Shown here: one piece after another, positions 23,939 to 32,000 of the stretch
Numbering within the stretch: position 1 is the first letter of the stretch
Layout of the letters: every line of letters starts with the position of its first letter
Assembly (NCBI RefSeq): GCF_000018105.1
Contig: NC_009926.1
Coordinates: forward strand, 60,001 to 92,000
DNA length: 32,000 nucleotides
Direction: 5' to 3'
From: Acaryochloris marina MBIC11017
Lineage (GTDB): Bacteria > Cyanobacteriota > Cyanobacteriia > Thermosynechococcales > Thermosynechococcaceae
Notes under the pieces: generated by a model
Databases searched by the model: none
The model's input: only the letters and a program-made list of their open reading frames with translations
Told to the model about the DNA's origin: nothing
Position numbers and translations under genes: made by a program

Positions 23939-26200
23939 TTAAAGAATTGCGGAAGCTAGTGATTCGTTGGCCTTGGGAACACCTCCCAAACGTCGCTCAA
24001 GCAAGGTGTATCGTTGCCTATCTTTGATCTGCCTGACGGCCATGCTAATTGCGTTCTTAGGACCAACGAGCATCGCTAGCTTTTTTGCCCTCGTAAGTCC
24101 CGTATAAAGCAGGTTTCGGCTGAGCATTATGTAATGCTGCATGTACATGGGCAAGATGACGACGGGATATTCTGACCCCTGGCTCTTATGAATGGTGACG
24201 GCCCAGGCTAACCCAATTTCATTTAAATCAGCCAAATCGTAGGAGACTGACCGCTCCGCATACTGAACCGTCACGGCAATTTCTTCTAGATTGATGGCCT
24301 CAATGACTCCCATATCGCCATTGAAGACCTCGCGGTTGTAGTCATTAACCTGTTGCAGCACTCGATCCCCCACCCGGAGTGTGAGTCCCCCTCGCGTGAG
24401 TTCAGCCTTGTCGGGATGAGGAGGATTGATCAACGCTTGTAAGACTTGGTTGAGCTTGCGAGTCCCCACTTCCCCACGGGTCATGGGACAGAGGACTTGC
24501 ACATCCCGTGCCGGCACATACCCAAGTTGAGGGATAAGGTCGTTGATTAACTCTTGAATGGCTTGAACTCCTTGCTCCGGTTCCGGTGCTCCTAACCAAA
24601 GGCAATCGGACATTGGAGATGGACTGACGGATTCTAACTGGGGGAACTGGCCTTGGTTAATACGATGGGCATTGCGGATAATGTGACTGGCTTGGGCTTG
24701 GCGGAAGATCTCCGTCAGTTCCATGACGGGAATCTGTTTAGCGGTGATCAGATCCAGCAAAACATTTCCGGGGCCCACACTGGGAAGTTGGTCCGTATCC
24801 CCCACGAGCAAGAGTTGAGTCTCTGGGCCAATGGCCTTGATCAAAGAGTTTGCTAAAAACAAATCCAGCATAGACGCTTCATCAATGACCACAGCATCAG
24901 CTACTAGGGTTCGCTCTGAATCCCTTTGAAACTTCATCGTTTTGGGGTCAAACTCCAAAAGGCGATGGATGGTTTTAGCTTCATGACCCGTGACTTCACT
25001 CAGTCGCTGAGCGGCTCGGCCTGTGGGAGATGCTAAAACGATTTCTTTTCCCATCGCCTTCCACAGCGCCACGATGGTCCGAGTCGTGAAGGTCTTGCCC
25101 GTTCCCGGTCCGCCAGTGAGAATCACGACACGCTCACTAGCAGCCAACTCCACCGCCTGCTGCTGTTGTTGAGAGAGATTAACATCCGTTTGGGCCATAA
25201 AGCGCTCTAGCCAGCTGCGAACGCGGTTCTTATCCACCTTGATTGGGTGAGCCAAGAGGTGGAGGAGTCGCCGGGATAGGTGAAATTCAGCCCGGAAGAA
25301 CGGCGGTGCATAACAAAGCAGCTCCGTCGAAGTTTCTCGCTCTATCTGTTCAACGATCAGCTCAGCATCTGAGATCATGGCATGGATCAGATATTCCACC
25401 TGGTCTGGCTTAGGGTGATACTCAGGGAGGGTCAGCTGCTTTACAGCGCGGTCAATCAGTTGTGGTTGAGGAAGATAGCAATGCCCTTCTTCTGATGATT
25501 CGCTGAGAACATGTAAAAGACCACTGCGATACCGGTATTCAGAGTGGGGTGAGATACCTAAGCTGCGGGCTATCTGATCTGCTGTGATAAAGCCAATGCC
25601 GTAAACATCCGTCGCTAGTCGATAGGGGTTATGGGTGACGGTTTCAATCGCCTCATCTCCATATTGCTTGAAGATTTTGACGGCATAAGTTGTTGAGACG
25701 CCATGCCCTTGGAGAAATACCATCACCTCTTTGATAGCTTTCTGGCTATCCCAAGCCGTCTGAATCATCTTGACTCGCTTCTTCGCAATGCCCGGTACTT
25801 CACTCAGACGGTCAATGTGATGCTCAATGATGTCCAGGGTATCCAGACCAAAGTGAGCGACGATGCGTTTAGCAGTGACGGGGCCGACCCCTTTGATCAA
25901 GCCACTGCCGAGGTACTTCTCAATTCCAGTAAGAGTGGCGGGTTTGGTTTCTTTGTATTGCTTGACCTGAAATTGAGGACCATATTTGGGATGGTCTCGC
26001 CATATTCCCTGGAGTTGAAGGGTTTGGCCCGCTTGGATATTGGCGAAGCTACCCACGATGGTAATCAATTCACGGGTTCTGGGAGCTTTCAATCTGGCAA
26101 CCGTATACCCAGATTCTTCAGAATGAAAGGTCAAGCGTTCTACGACCCCTTGTAGTTGCTCAATGGGGGGTGAACTCATCGTGGCAGAACCATTGGACAT
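23939..26200 (-). CDS. recD2: RecD2-like (RecD/TraA family) SF1B DNA helicase
   Basis: N-terminal HhH (GVGPVTAKRIV), Walker A GGPGTGKT, DEASM, VGDTDQLPSVGPG, TIHKSQGSEYP and LLYTGLTRAK. Confidence 0.9.
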   Translation of the reverse strand: MSNGSATMSSPPIEQLQGVVERLTFHSEESGYTVARLKAPRTRELITIVGSFANIQAGQTLQLQGIWRDHPKYGPQFQVKQYKETKPATLTGIEKYLGSGLIKGVGPVTAKRIVAHFGLDTLDIIEHHIDRLSEVPGIAKKRVKMIQTAWDSQKAIKEVMVFLQGHGVSTTYAVKIFKQYGDEAIETVTHNPYRLATDVYGIGFITADQIARSLGISPHSEYRYRSGLLHVLSESSEEGHCYLPQPQLIDRAVKQLTLPEYHPKPDQVEYLIHAMISDAELIVEQIERETSTELLCYAPPFFRAEFHLSRRLLHLLAHPIKVDKNRVRSWLERFMAQTDVNLSQQQQQAVELAASERVVILTGGPGTGKTFTTRTIVALWKAMGKEIVLASPTGRAAQRLSEVTGHEAKTIHRLLEFDPKTMKFQRDSERTLVADAVVIDEASMLDLFLANSLIKAIGPETQLLLVGDTDQLPSVGPGNVLLDLITAKQIPVMELTEIFRQAQASHIIRNAHRINQGQFPQLESVSPSPMSDCLWLGAPEPEQGVQAIQELINDLIPQLGYVPARDVQVLCPMTRGEVGTRKLNQVLQALINPPHPDKAELTRGGLTLRVGDRVLQQVNDYNREVFNGDMGVIEAINLEEIAVTVQYAERSVSYDLADLNEIGLAWAVTIHKSQGSEYPVVILPMYMQHYIMLSRNLLYTGLTRAKKLAMLVGPKNAISMAVRQIKDRQRYTLLERRLGGVPKANESLASAIL

Positions 26201-26292
26201 GGGTGGTTACCTCAATGTTAGATGCTGATCTTCTCTGAAGAAATGAACTCCATTGAAATGAAGGGGAAACGTTTTGTTTAAGACCGCCGAAA

Positions 26293-27366
26293 TCAAGCCG
26301 CTTCAACTTCAGCTAGAGGTGATTCATCTTCTTCACCATTTGTGTCAGCATGGGCTGCACAATCAGCTCCCAACGCCAACCTCTGGCGGACCTGTTGCTC
26401 AACTGCTTGTGCAAACTCTGGATGATCGGCAAAGTACTGAATGGTATTCTCTCGACCCTGACCAATATTGTCACCCTCATAGCTATACCAAGCCCCTTTG
26501 CGGACGATCACCTCTGCTTCCGCAGCCATGTCTACTAAGCAACCGATGGTGGATATTCCCTGCCCAAATAGAATGTCAAACTCCGCTAGCTTAAATGGAG
26601 GTGCGACCTTGTTCTTGGCGACCTTCACTTTTGCCCGGATACCATACATCTCCGTGCCTTTCTTCAAGGTCTGAACACGACGAATATCCAAGCGAACGGA
26701 CGCATAGAACTTGAGGGCGTTCCCTCCAGTGGTGACTTCGGGACTGCCATAAGTAACCCCAATCTTTTGACGGAGTTGGTTGAGGAAAATGACGGTGCTA
26801 CCTGACTTGCAAATGTTGCTGGTGATCTTGCGCAGGGCTTGGCTCATTAATCTGGCTTGCAAACCCATATGGGAGTCGCCCATATCCCCTTCAATCTCAG
26901 CCCTTGGAGTGAGAGCAGCGACGGAATCGACGACCACTAAATCAACGGCACTGGAGCGGACCAGCTGATCCACCACTTCCAGGGCCATTTCCCCAGAATC
27001 CGGTTGGCACACGAGCAACTCAGAGACATCCACTCCCAAAGCCGCGGCATAAACCGGATCTAAGGCATGTTCCGCGTCCACAAACGCTGCCACTCCCCCA
27101 GATTTTTGGATTTCAGCGATCGCATGGAGGGCCACCGTCGTTTTCCCGGAACTTTCAGGGCCATACACTTCAATGACCCGACCTTTGGGGAGCCCTCCGC
27201 CCAAGGCTAGATCCAGGGGTAAAGCACCTGTAGAGATGGTTTCAATCTGCATCCGAGCGGCATCTCCCAGCCGCATAATCGCCCCTTTGCCAAAGGTCTT
27301 TTCCACGTTTTTCATCACCAAATCGAGGGCTTTTTGCTTCTCGGTCATTTCCGTTTTGGCACTCAT
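26293..27366 (-). CDS. recA: recombinase RecA
   Basis: GPESSGKTT Walker [12 protein letters not shown]1/L2 loop regions and overall collinearity with bacterial RecA. Confidence 0.97.
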   Translation of the reverse strand: MSAKTEMTEKQKALDLVMKNVEKTFGKGAIMRLGDAARMQIETISTGALPLDLALGGGLPKGRVIEVYGPESSGKTTVALHAIAEIQKSGGVAAFVDAEHALDPVYAAALGVDVSELLVCQPDSGEMALEVVDQLVRSSAVDLVVVDSVAALTPRAEIEGDMGDSHMGLQARLMSQALRKITSNICKSGSTVIFLNQLRQKIGVTYGSPEVTTGGNALKFYASVRLDIRRVQTLKKGTEMYGIRAKVKVAKNKVAPPFKLAEFDILFGQGISTIGCLVDMAAEAEVIVRKGAWYSYEGDNIGQGRENTIQYFADHPEFAQAVEQQVRQRLALGADCAAHADTNGEEDESPLAEVEAA

Positions 27367-27408
27367 AAGGGGATCTCCAAAGGATCAAGATGGGGATGCT
27401 AGACCAAT

Positions 27409-27437
27409 ATAGTAATCTTGTACTAAAATGGTGTCAA
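27409..27437 (-). promoter_or_regulatory. sigma70-type recA promoter
   Basis: The minus strand reads TTGACA (27437-27432), a 17-nt spacer, then TACTAT (27414-27409). A GGAG Shine-Dalgarno lies 9 nt before the recA ATG. Confidence 0.55.
27411..27424 (-). promoter_or_regulatory. LexA-box-like palindrome overlapping the recA -10 element
   Basis: The minus strand reads AGTACAAGATTACT. It departs at one specified position from the cyanobacterial LexA consensus RGTACNNNDGTWCB as I recall it, and it lies within the spacer/-10 of the promoter above. Confidence 0.45.
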
Positions 27438-27482
27438 CATGATACTTTTATTCACGATTTGCCGCCTCACCGCGTGGTTGTC

Positions 27483-27686
27483 ATGGCGATAGAGACACTG
27501 ACTGATTTGGTAGGATTCCCAGATGGCTGGCTCGTTGGCGTCTCATGTTCCTTGGAGTGGGGATACCAGTGTTGGGTGATTACCCCAGAAAGGCAGGTCC
27601 ATACTGACGGTGAGTTCTATGAGAGTAGTTTTGTGGCTTTGTCTGCGGGTCGATTCTTGGTTGAGCATTCCTTGGAGGTGGAGTGA
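27483..27686 (+). CDS. small hypothetical protein (67 aa)
   Basis: The track ORF starts at 27390, but that stretch overlaps the recA promoter, so the internal ATG at 27483 is more plausible. Its stop overlaps the GTG of the next ORF (GTGA). No family recognised. Confidence 0.3.
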   Translation: MAIETLTDLVGFPDGWLVGVSCSLEWGYQCWVITPERQVHTDGEFYESSFVALSAGRFLVEHSLEVE

Positions 27687-28459
27687 AAAGTGAACCCATC
27701 GTTATGTCTTGGGAAGAGTATGAACTCATGCCTTGGCGGTTGGGCTGGAAGCATGAATATTTCAATGGGATGGCTTACCTCACGCCCAGACAGCAATCTG
27801 TTCTGACCGTCATCGAGGTTGCCCCCCGAAACGATACCCTTCAGTCCATCAAGATCCGACCTGTTGTGCCAACGGATGCAACTGAACTCAAGCATCTGTT
27901 CTTTGAGGTTTTTCACGACTCTGTTGAATATTGCAATTATGAAGAGCAGAATATTCAAGAATCAGCCCAAAGCTGTATTGATAACTATTTTGGCGCGGTC
28001 AAAGGTGAACCCTCAAAAGTGTCATGCGTTGCCACTTCAACAGAGGGGGAACTCATAGGAACAGCTCTAGTAATTGAGCAGCCTGAACGGCACCCCTATC
28101 TTCGTTTGTTAGGCATCTCCCCATCATGGCAACGCCGTGGTGTCGCAACCAACCTAATGGCGACAATACTCAACCAACTCGTTAACACCTCTTTTACCCA
28201 GCTAGAGAGTCGATATTTCCTAGCGAATGAAGCGAGTAGAAACTGGCACCATCAATTTGGATTCCAGGATCAGCTCGACTTATTTGTCGCTCGTCTGTTT
28301 TACCGGCATGCCCAGCATGAATTATGGCGGCAGGAAAAACTCGGTCAACTCTCGAAGATAGACCTGGCCCGTTTGGCATCTGAAGTCGAATACTGGCAGG
28401 CTGAAGTGGATCGTCAAGAAGTTGCCTTTGAATCAACTTACCCCCGTGAACTGTCCTAA
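27683..28459 (+). CDS. GNAT-family N-acetyltransferase with an N-terminal extension
   Basis: LIGTALVIEQ..YLRLLGISPSWQRRGVATNLMATIL matches the acetyl-CoA-binding motif A (Q/RxxGxA). An alternative ATG start is at 27704. Confidence 0.7.
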   Translation: MKSEPIVMSWEEYELMPWRLGWKHEYFNGMAYLTPRQQSVLTVIEVAPRNDTLQSIKIRPVVPTDATELKHLFFEVFHDSVEYCNYEEQNIQESAQSCIDNYFGAVKGEPSKVSCVATSTEGELIGTALVIEQPERHPYLRLLGISPSWQRRGVATNLMATILNQLVNTSFTQLESRYFLANEASRNWHHQFGFQDQLDLFVARLFYRHAQHELWRQEKLGQLSKIDLARLASEVEYWQAEVDRQEVAFESTYPRELS

Positions 28460-28540
28460 CAGATTGACTTCTCATCATCAACGGACAAAGCCCACCGCTC
28501 TGCATTAGAATGACCAAAAGTTTGTCCCAGTTAGCTACCT

Positions 28541-30844
28541 ATGCCTACTGCTACTTCTGAGAAGCTGATTCAGCTCCGAGCGCAGCTCCAAGACTGCACC
28601 AACCCTACTGCTGCCAAAATCCTCAAGAGTACGATTGTTAAACTTGAAGCCCAGCTTAGTTTAGGACAGGCTCAGACTAAGGTATCCAAGATTGACCAAC
28701 GGAAGGCAACACTAAAGAATTCAAATAAGCAGACCAAGCGGAAGGCAGTACAACAACAACCAATAACGCTGAAGCCTCCTTCACTGAATACAGTAGAAAC
28801 AAAACCTAAAGCGGAACCTCAGAAAGAACGACCCACACTACCCGCCCATGAGAAAACATTGTTAGCGGATGATGTACTGACGCAGAACGAAAATATTGCA
28901 ACTCAGAAAAGCCTTGAATCAAAGTCAGAAACATCCCCTAAGAGTAAGTCCCGTTTCTCCCCTGATGTCATTAAAGTAGCCAAGCGGCTGGTCCTCCCTG
29001 ATGAACTCTGGCAACGTCCTCAAGTCCAAGGCATCACCATCGATGGTCCTACTTCGCGGGACTTGGACGATGCCATCTGGATTGAAGCGACTGAGTCAGG
29101 GGCAGTCCTCTCCGTTCATATTGCTGATGTCTCTGAACTCGTGGAGATGGGCTCAATATTGGATAAGGTTGCACTCTCTCGCACAGTCACACGCTATTTC
29201 AGCAATGGGAATGCACCCATGCTGCCAAGACCCCTGTCTGAAAATAAGCTGAGCCTGCTGGAAGGTGAAGCCCGACCTACCGTTACCGTACAGGTTACCC
29301 TCAACCCGAACGCCCAGATGGTTGACGTCAAAATCTTTGAATCCTGGTTGGTGAGTCAAAAACGCTTTACCTACGCCGAAGCCTCCCAGCCTAAATCATC
29401 TACTCCTTTTCATAACACTCTGGAAATGGCTCACCAATGGGCCTCACATCTGTACCGAAATCGGCTGACATCAGGTTCGATTGGGGCGACCCAGACGGCT
29501 CAAGGCCAGTGGCTCACAGAAGAAGGCAGCCTTATCCAAGGTAAACTTCATCCAAGCCATATCCTCATTCAAGAATTTATGATCCTGGCGAACCTCGCCG
29601 TCGCTCAATGGCTAGCCGATCAGGATATCCCAGCGCTGTATCGGAATCATACCGCCAGAGCCATTGCCCCAGATCGGGAAACGATGTATCAAACGTTGTT
29701 GACGTTAGGGTCAAATGCAGCCATTCGTCAGCGGTTGCACAGTTGGATGAACCGGGCCGTGTATAGCCCCGTCTTAATAGGGCACTTTGCCCTGAACCTT
29801 CCCGCCTATTGCCACTTCACCAGTCCGATTCGCAGAGTCGCTGACCTGATCAACCATCGGATTGTCAAAGCCCGCCTCAAACATCAAGGCCTACCCTATA
29901 CCCAGTCTGAACTGGTGAAATTGGGACAGCATATTGCCCAGGTCAAGGATGAGCATAAAGAGCAGGCCTCGGAGTTTTTTAAAGCAGCCCATCAAAAGGT
30001 CTACCAGGAGCAACTTCAGACCCCCGAAGACTTAGCAAATCTCTCTGGGAAAGAATTCACACGACTCCTGAAATATGCGGTTGAGTCTCAGGGGGTTGAT
30101 CACCTTCGCAGTGAACTATTGACCCGGTTATACGCTGAGCAACTAGCCGTACAGGATCTCTACCTATTGCTCTTTCAGTCCAAAGAACTTGAGCTACATC
30201 AGCAAGTGATTCAGTATCTGTCTAGCCATATCCATGATGCGGCGAGTGTGATCACCATTGCCTCCAATCGAGAAGGGAACTGGGAAGCATTTAAATATCT
30301 AGAAGCGGAGAATAAACCACCATTCCATGTTTGGCTAGAGGTGAAAATTTCTGGAGACACTTTAACGACGATTCATCCCGCTACCCATTCCCGCAAACAA
30401 CCCGCTCGTCATCACGCTTGTTTGATATGGATAGAAGCTTATCTCCAGACTAGCTTAGTCTCACCAGAGCAACGAGCACAGCCAGTACTACCTGAGCCGC
30501 AGTTCAAGTCTGGTAATGAAGACATAAAACGAGTAACAGCACCCTTATCCAAATCAATGCATACGGCATTGGTGAAGCCCCTTAAGGAGGGGCAGAACTT
30601 TGTCGGGATGCTGGTTGATGTTTGTCAAACCTTAAGATGGGAGACCCCTGTGTACACAATGGACAGCTCCGATGAATGGTTTATCTGCGAGTGTGAGTTA
30701 TCGGTTTTAGGTCAGCAGCTTGAAGGGAGTGGGGTAGCAAAGAAGAAGAAATTGGCGAAGAGTATCGCCGCTAGAGAGATACTGGAGCAATTGAGAGAAC
30801 GAGGTCAACAGCAATTGCAAGAGTGGCTGGAGAGAGCAACTTAA
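28541..30844 (+). CDS. RNase II/R-family (RNB domain) exoribonuclease with a Lys-rich N-terminal tail and a C-terminal dsRBD
   Basis: RNB motifs ITIDGPTSRDLDDAIWIE and GHFALNLPAYCHFTSPIRRVADLINHR. C-terminal NFVGMLVDVCQTLRWETPVYTM..WFICECELS..GSGVAKKKKLAKSIAAREILEQL is dsRBD-like. No CSD or S1 sequence recognised. Confidence 0.85.
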   Translation: MPTATSEKLIQLRAQLQDCTNPTAAKILKSTIVKLEAQLSLGQAQTKVSKIDQRKATLKNSNKQTKRKAVQQQPITLKPPSLNTVETKPKAEPQKERPTLPAHEKTLLADDVLTQNENIATQKSLESKSETSPKSKSRFSPDVIKVAKRLVLPDELWQRPQVQGITIDGPTSRDLDDAIWIEATESGAVLSVHIADVSELVEMGSILDKVALSRTVTRYFSNGNAPMLPRPLSENKLSLLEGEARPTVTVQVTLNPNAQMVDVKIFESWLVSQKRFTYAEASQPKSSTPFHNTLEMAHQWASHLYRNRLTSGSIGATQTAQGQWLTEEGSLIQGKLHPSHILIQEFMILANLAVAQWLADQDIPALYRNHTARAIAPDRETMYQTLLTLGSNAAIRQRLHSWMNRAVYSPVLIGHFALNLPAYCHFTSPIRRVADLINHRIVKARLKHQGLPYTQSELVKLGQHIAQVKDEHKEQASEFFKAAHQKVYQEQLQTPEDLANLSGKEFTRLLKYAVESQGVDHLRSELLTRLYAEQLAVQDLYLLLFQSKELELHQQVIQYLSSHIHDAASVITIASNREGNWEAFKYLEAENKPPFHVWLEVKISGDTLTTIHPATHSRKQPARHHACLIWIEAYLQTSLVSPEQRAQPVLPEPQFKSGNEDIKRVTAPLSKSMHTALVKPLKEGQNFVGMLVDVCQTLRWETPVYTMDSSDEWFICECELSVLGQQLEGSGVAKKKKLAKSIAAREILEQLRERGQQQLQEWLERAT

Positions 30845-30860
30845 CCGCATAGAGAAAACT

Positions 30861-30894
30861 CTCTCCCAGTCCATTCTTCCTGAGACTGGGAGAG
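30861..30894. terminator. 11-bp perfect hairpin between the convergent RNB and rbp genes
   Basis: CTCTCCCAGTC (30861-30871) pairs with GACTGGGAGAG (30884-30894). On the minus strand it is followed by AGTTTTCTCT, so it is a likely rbp terminator. Confidence 0.55.
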
Positions 30895-30918
30895 CCCATC
30901 ATCGAATTTCAGATTGCG

Positions 30919-31206
30919 TTAAAAACGGTTTCGACCACTAAAGTTGTTATTACCTCTATTGTTCTCACGGGGTCTAGCCTTGTTCACTTTGAGTGTTCGC
31001 CCCATCCATTCAGCCCCTTCGAGTTCTTCAATAGCCTTGGATTCTTCGGCATCGTTGCCCAATTCAACAAAGGCAAATCCTCGCATTCTGCCAGTCTCGC
31101 GGTCTTTGGGAACATGAACGTTAGAGACGGCCCCATATTCAGCAAACACGGCCTGAATTTCATCTTGGGTAACGTCGTAAGAAAGGTTACCAACGTAAAT
31201 CGACAT
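30919..31206 (-). CDS. rbp: RRM-type RNA-binding protein, short class
   Basis: The ATG at 31204-31206 gives MSIYVGNLSYDV.. (RNP2) and RGFAFVEL (RNP1). The longer 134-aa track ORF adds a non-conserved extension. Confidence 0.9.
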   Translation of the reverse strand: MSIYVGNLSYDVTQDEIQAVFAEYGAVSNVHVPKDRETGRMRGFAFVELGNDAEESKAIEELEGAEWMGRTLKVNKARPRENNRGNNNFSGRNRF

Positions 31207-31247
31207 AAACAAATATCCAAAATCAATAAGGTGAGGAGATATAGATT

Positions 31248-31327
31248 TCGGTGCGCGGTCTTGGGAATTAAACTGGCGGATACCAAACAATTCTGAAAAC
31301 AAACGTAAAACCGATACTTGCATCTCA
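31248..31327 (-). promoter_or_regulatory. conserved rbp 5' leader element, shared with 7870..7950
   Basis: Same ordered sequence blocks at the same offset from the start codon as upstream of the first rbp gene. Confidence 0.45.
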
Positions 31328-31411
31328 ATTGCAATACTAACTGATCCCCAATTTTCCGTTTAGGTGAACTAATAAACTTTACAGATATTTAGGTTAGTAA
31401 AGATTAAAATT

Positions 31412-31528
31412 TTATCCCCAGATTTTCCCCACATTTCCCACAATATTTCCCATGTTATCCACATCTGATGGGATGATTTCCACAGGTCAATACTGTAGGG
31501 CTTGATGTTCAGCTATTTCTGTGGAATA
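31412..31528. promoter_or_regulatory. array of DnaA-box-like 9-mers
   Basis: TTATCCCCA at 31412, TTTTCCCCA at 31423, TTTCCCACA at 31434, a degenerate TTTCCCA core at 31446, TTATCCACA at 31455 (exact consensus), ATTTCCACA at 31476, and inverted TATTCCACA at 31520-31528. An AT-rich tract lies immediately 5'. Confidence 0.55.
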
Positions 31529-31792
31529 TTCTAGAAACTGAAGTCAGCTTATTCTATGATAGATATGGCTTTGAGGCCATTAAATGTATTTCAAAAATAG
31601 ATTGACATTCTCGTAGGTTGGTAGCAAGATATAACTCCCAGCGATAAGGCTTGCACTCAACTTAACAAGCTGAAGGGCGGAGGAGTTTTACCACCAGCTT
31701 GGTTAGCTCATGAGGGCAACATTTGTTGTGCTTAGTTTTTGAAATAAAAACCATCGTTGATAACCCTACTATTTGAGAAGAGTAACCACTTC

Positions 31793-32000
31793 ATGTCCAC
31801 TACGATTAGCATATTGGCCGATATCCCTGAAGAGCTACATGATGCCTTGCGAGGTTATTTAGACACCCATCCTGATTGGGATCAGAGTCGGGTTCTTTCA
31901 GCGGCGCTGTCGTTATTCTTGATGCAGAATGGCACAACAGATCGCCGTACAACTCGTGTGTATTTAGATAGTCTCTTTAGAAGAGAACTACCCACTGCCT
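31793..32000 (+). CDS. conserved cyanobacterial small protein (DUF2811-like); 3' end outside the window
   Basis: The hand translation MSTTISILADIPEELHDALRGYLDTHPDWDQSRVLSAALSLFLMQNG... resembles the DUF2811 family as I remember it. The frame is open to the window edge. Confidence 0.55.
   Translation, partial: MSTTISILADIPEELHDALRGYLDTHPDWDQSRVLSAALSLFLMQNGTTDRRTTRVYLDSLFRRELPTA

Noticed and set aside
23939-27366. Track ORFs antisense to or nested within recD2, recA and the PBP gene, for example 24402..24605, 24653..24856, 25703..26155, 26274..26594, 26780..26968, 27173..27412, 21921..22133, 22369..22686 and 22898..23098.
   Set aside because: These are shadow ORFs inside well-supported conserved genes. 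They have no Shine-Dalgarno sites or recognisable motifs.
27390-27482. The 5' extension of the small ORF to the ATG at 27390.
   Set aside because: This stretch coincides with the recA -10/-35 and LexA-like box only 24 nt from the recA start. A divergent coding region there is unlikely.
30919-31334. The extended 134-aa and 116-aa versions of ORFs over the second rbp locus.
   Set aside because: The RRM begins exactly at the internal ATG (MSIYVGNLSY), as in the first paralog. The upstream extension covers the conserved non-coding leader.

Overview
The window looks like a cyanobacterial chromosome segment. Evidence: a high-light-inducible (HLIP) protein, a PaO/Tic55-type Rieske oxygenase, two short RRM-type Rbp proteins and a DUF2811-like gene. 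Two housekeeping blocks (about 50% GC in hand-counted samples) flank a low-GC accessory island at about 8.9-17.8 kb. The housekeeping genes include a dihydrofolate reductase-family protein, a phosphoribosyltransferase, class A PBP, RecD2-like helicase, RecA, a GNAT acetyltransferase and an RNase II-family enzyme. The island encodes envelope or secreted proteins: a PhyH-like oxygenase, two membrane-anchored proteins, a Deg-type protease, a Wza-like exporter and a divergent CaCA-like transporter. An intact IS4-family element with a perfect 9-bp target duplication splits the island. I found no CRISPR array, tRNA, rRNA or recognisable canonical defence system. Six observations stand out. (1) A helically phased array of DnaA-box-like 9-mers next to an AT-rich tract at 31.36-31.53 kb, which looks like an origin or DnaA-assembly site. 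(2) One dsRBD subtype occurs three times: at the C-terminus of the edge ORF, as a decayed relic at 6.4 kb, and fused to an RNB exoribonuclease that shows no recognisable CSD/S1 domains. (3) A segmental duplication (2.6-3.7 kb and 20.9-22.0 kb) carries a coiled-coil, Lys-rich, histone-H1-like gene and leaves a relic of the PBP 3' end. (4) An HNH / unknown / truncated SepF-like cluster. (5) A recA promoter with an embedded LexA-box-like palindrome. (6) A conserved 5' leader shared by the two rbp genes. All functional calls rest on motif recognition by eye, because no searches could be run.
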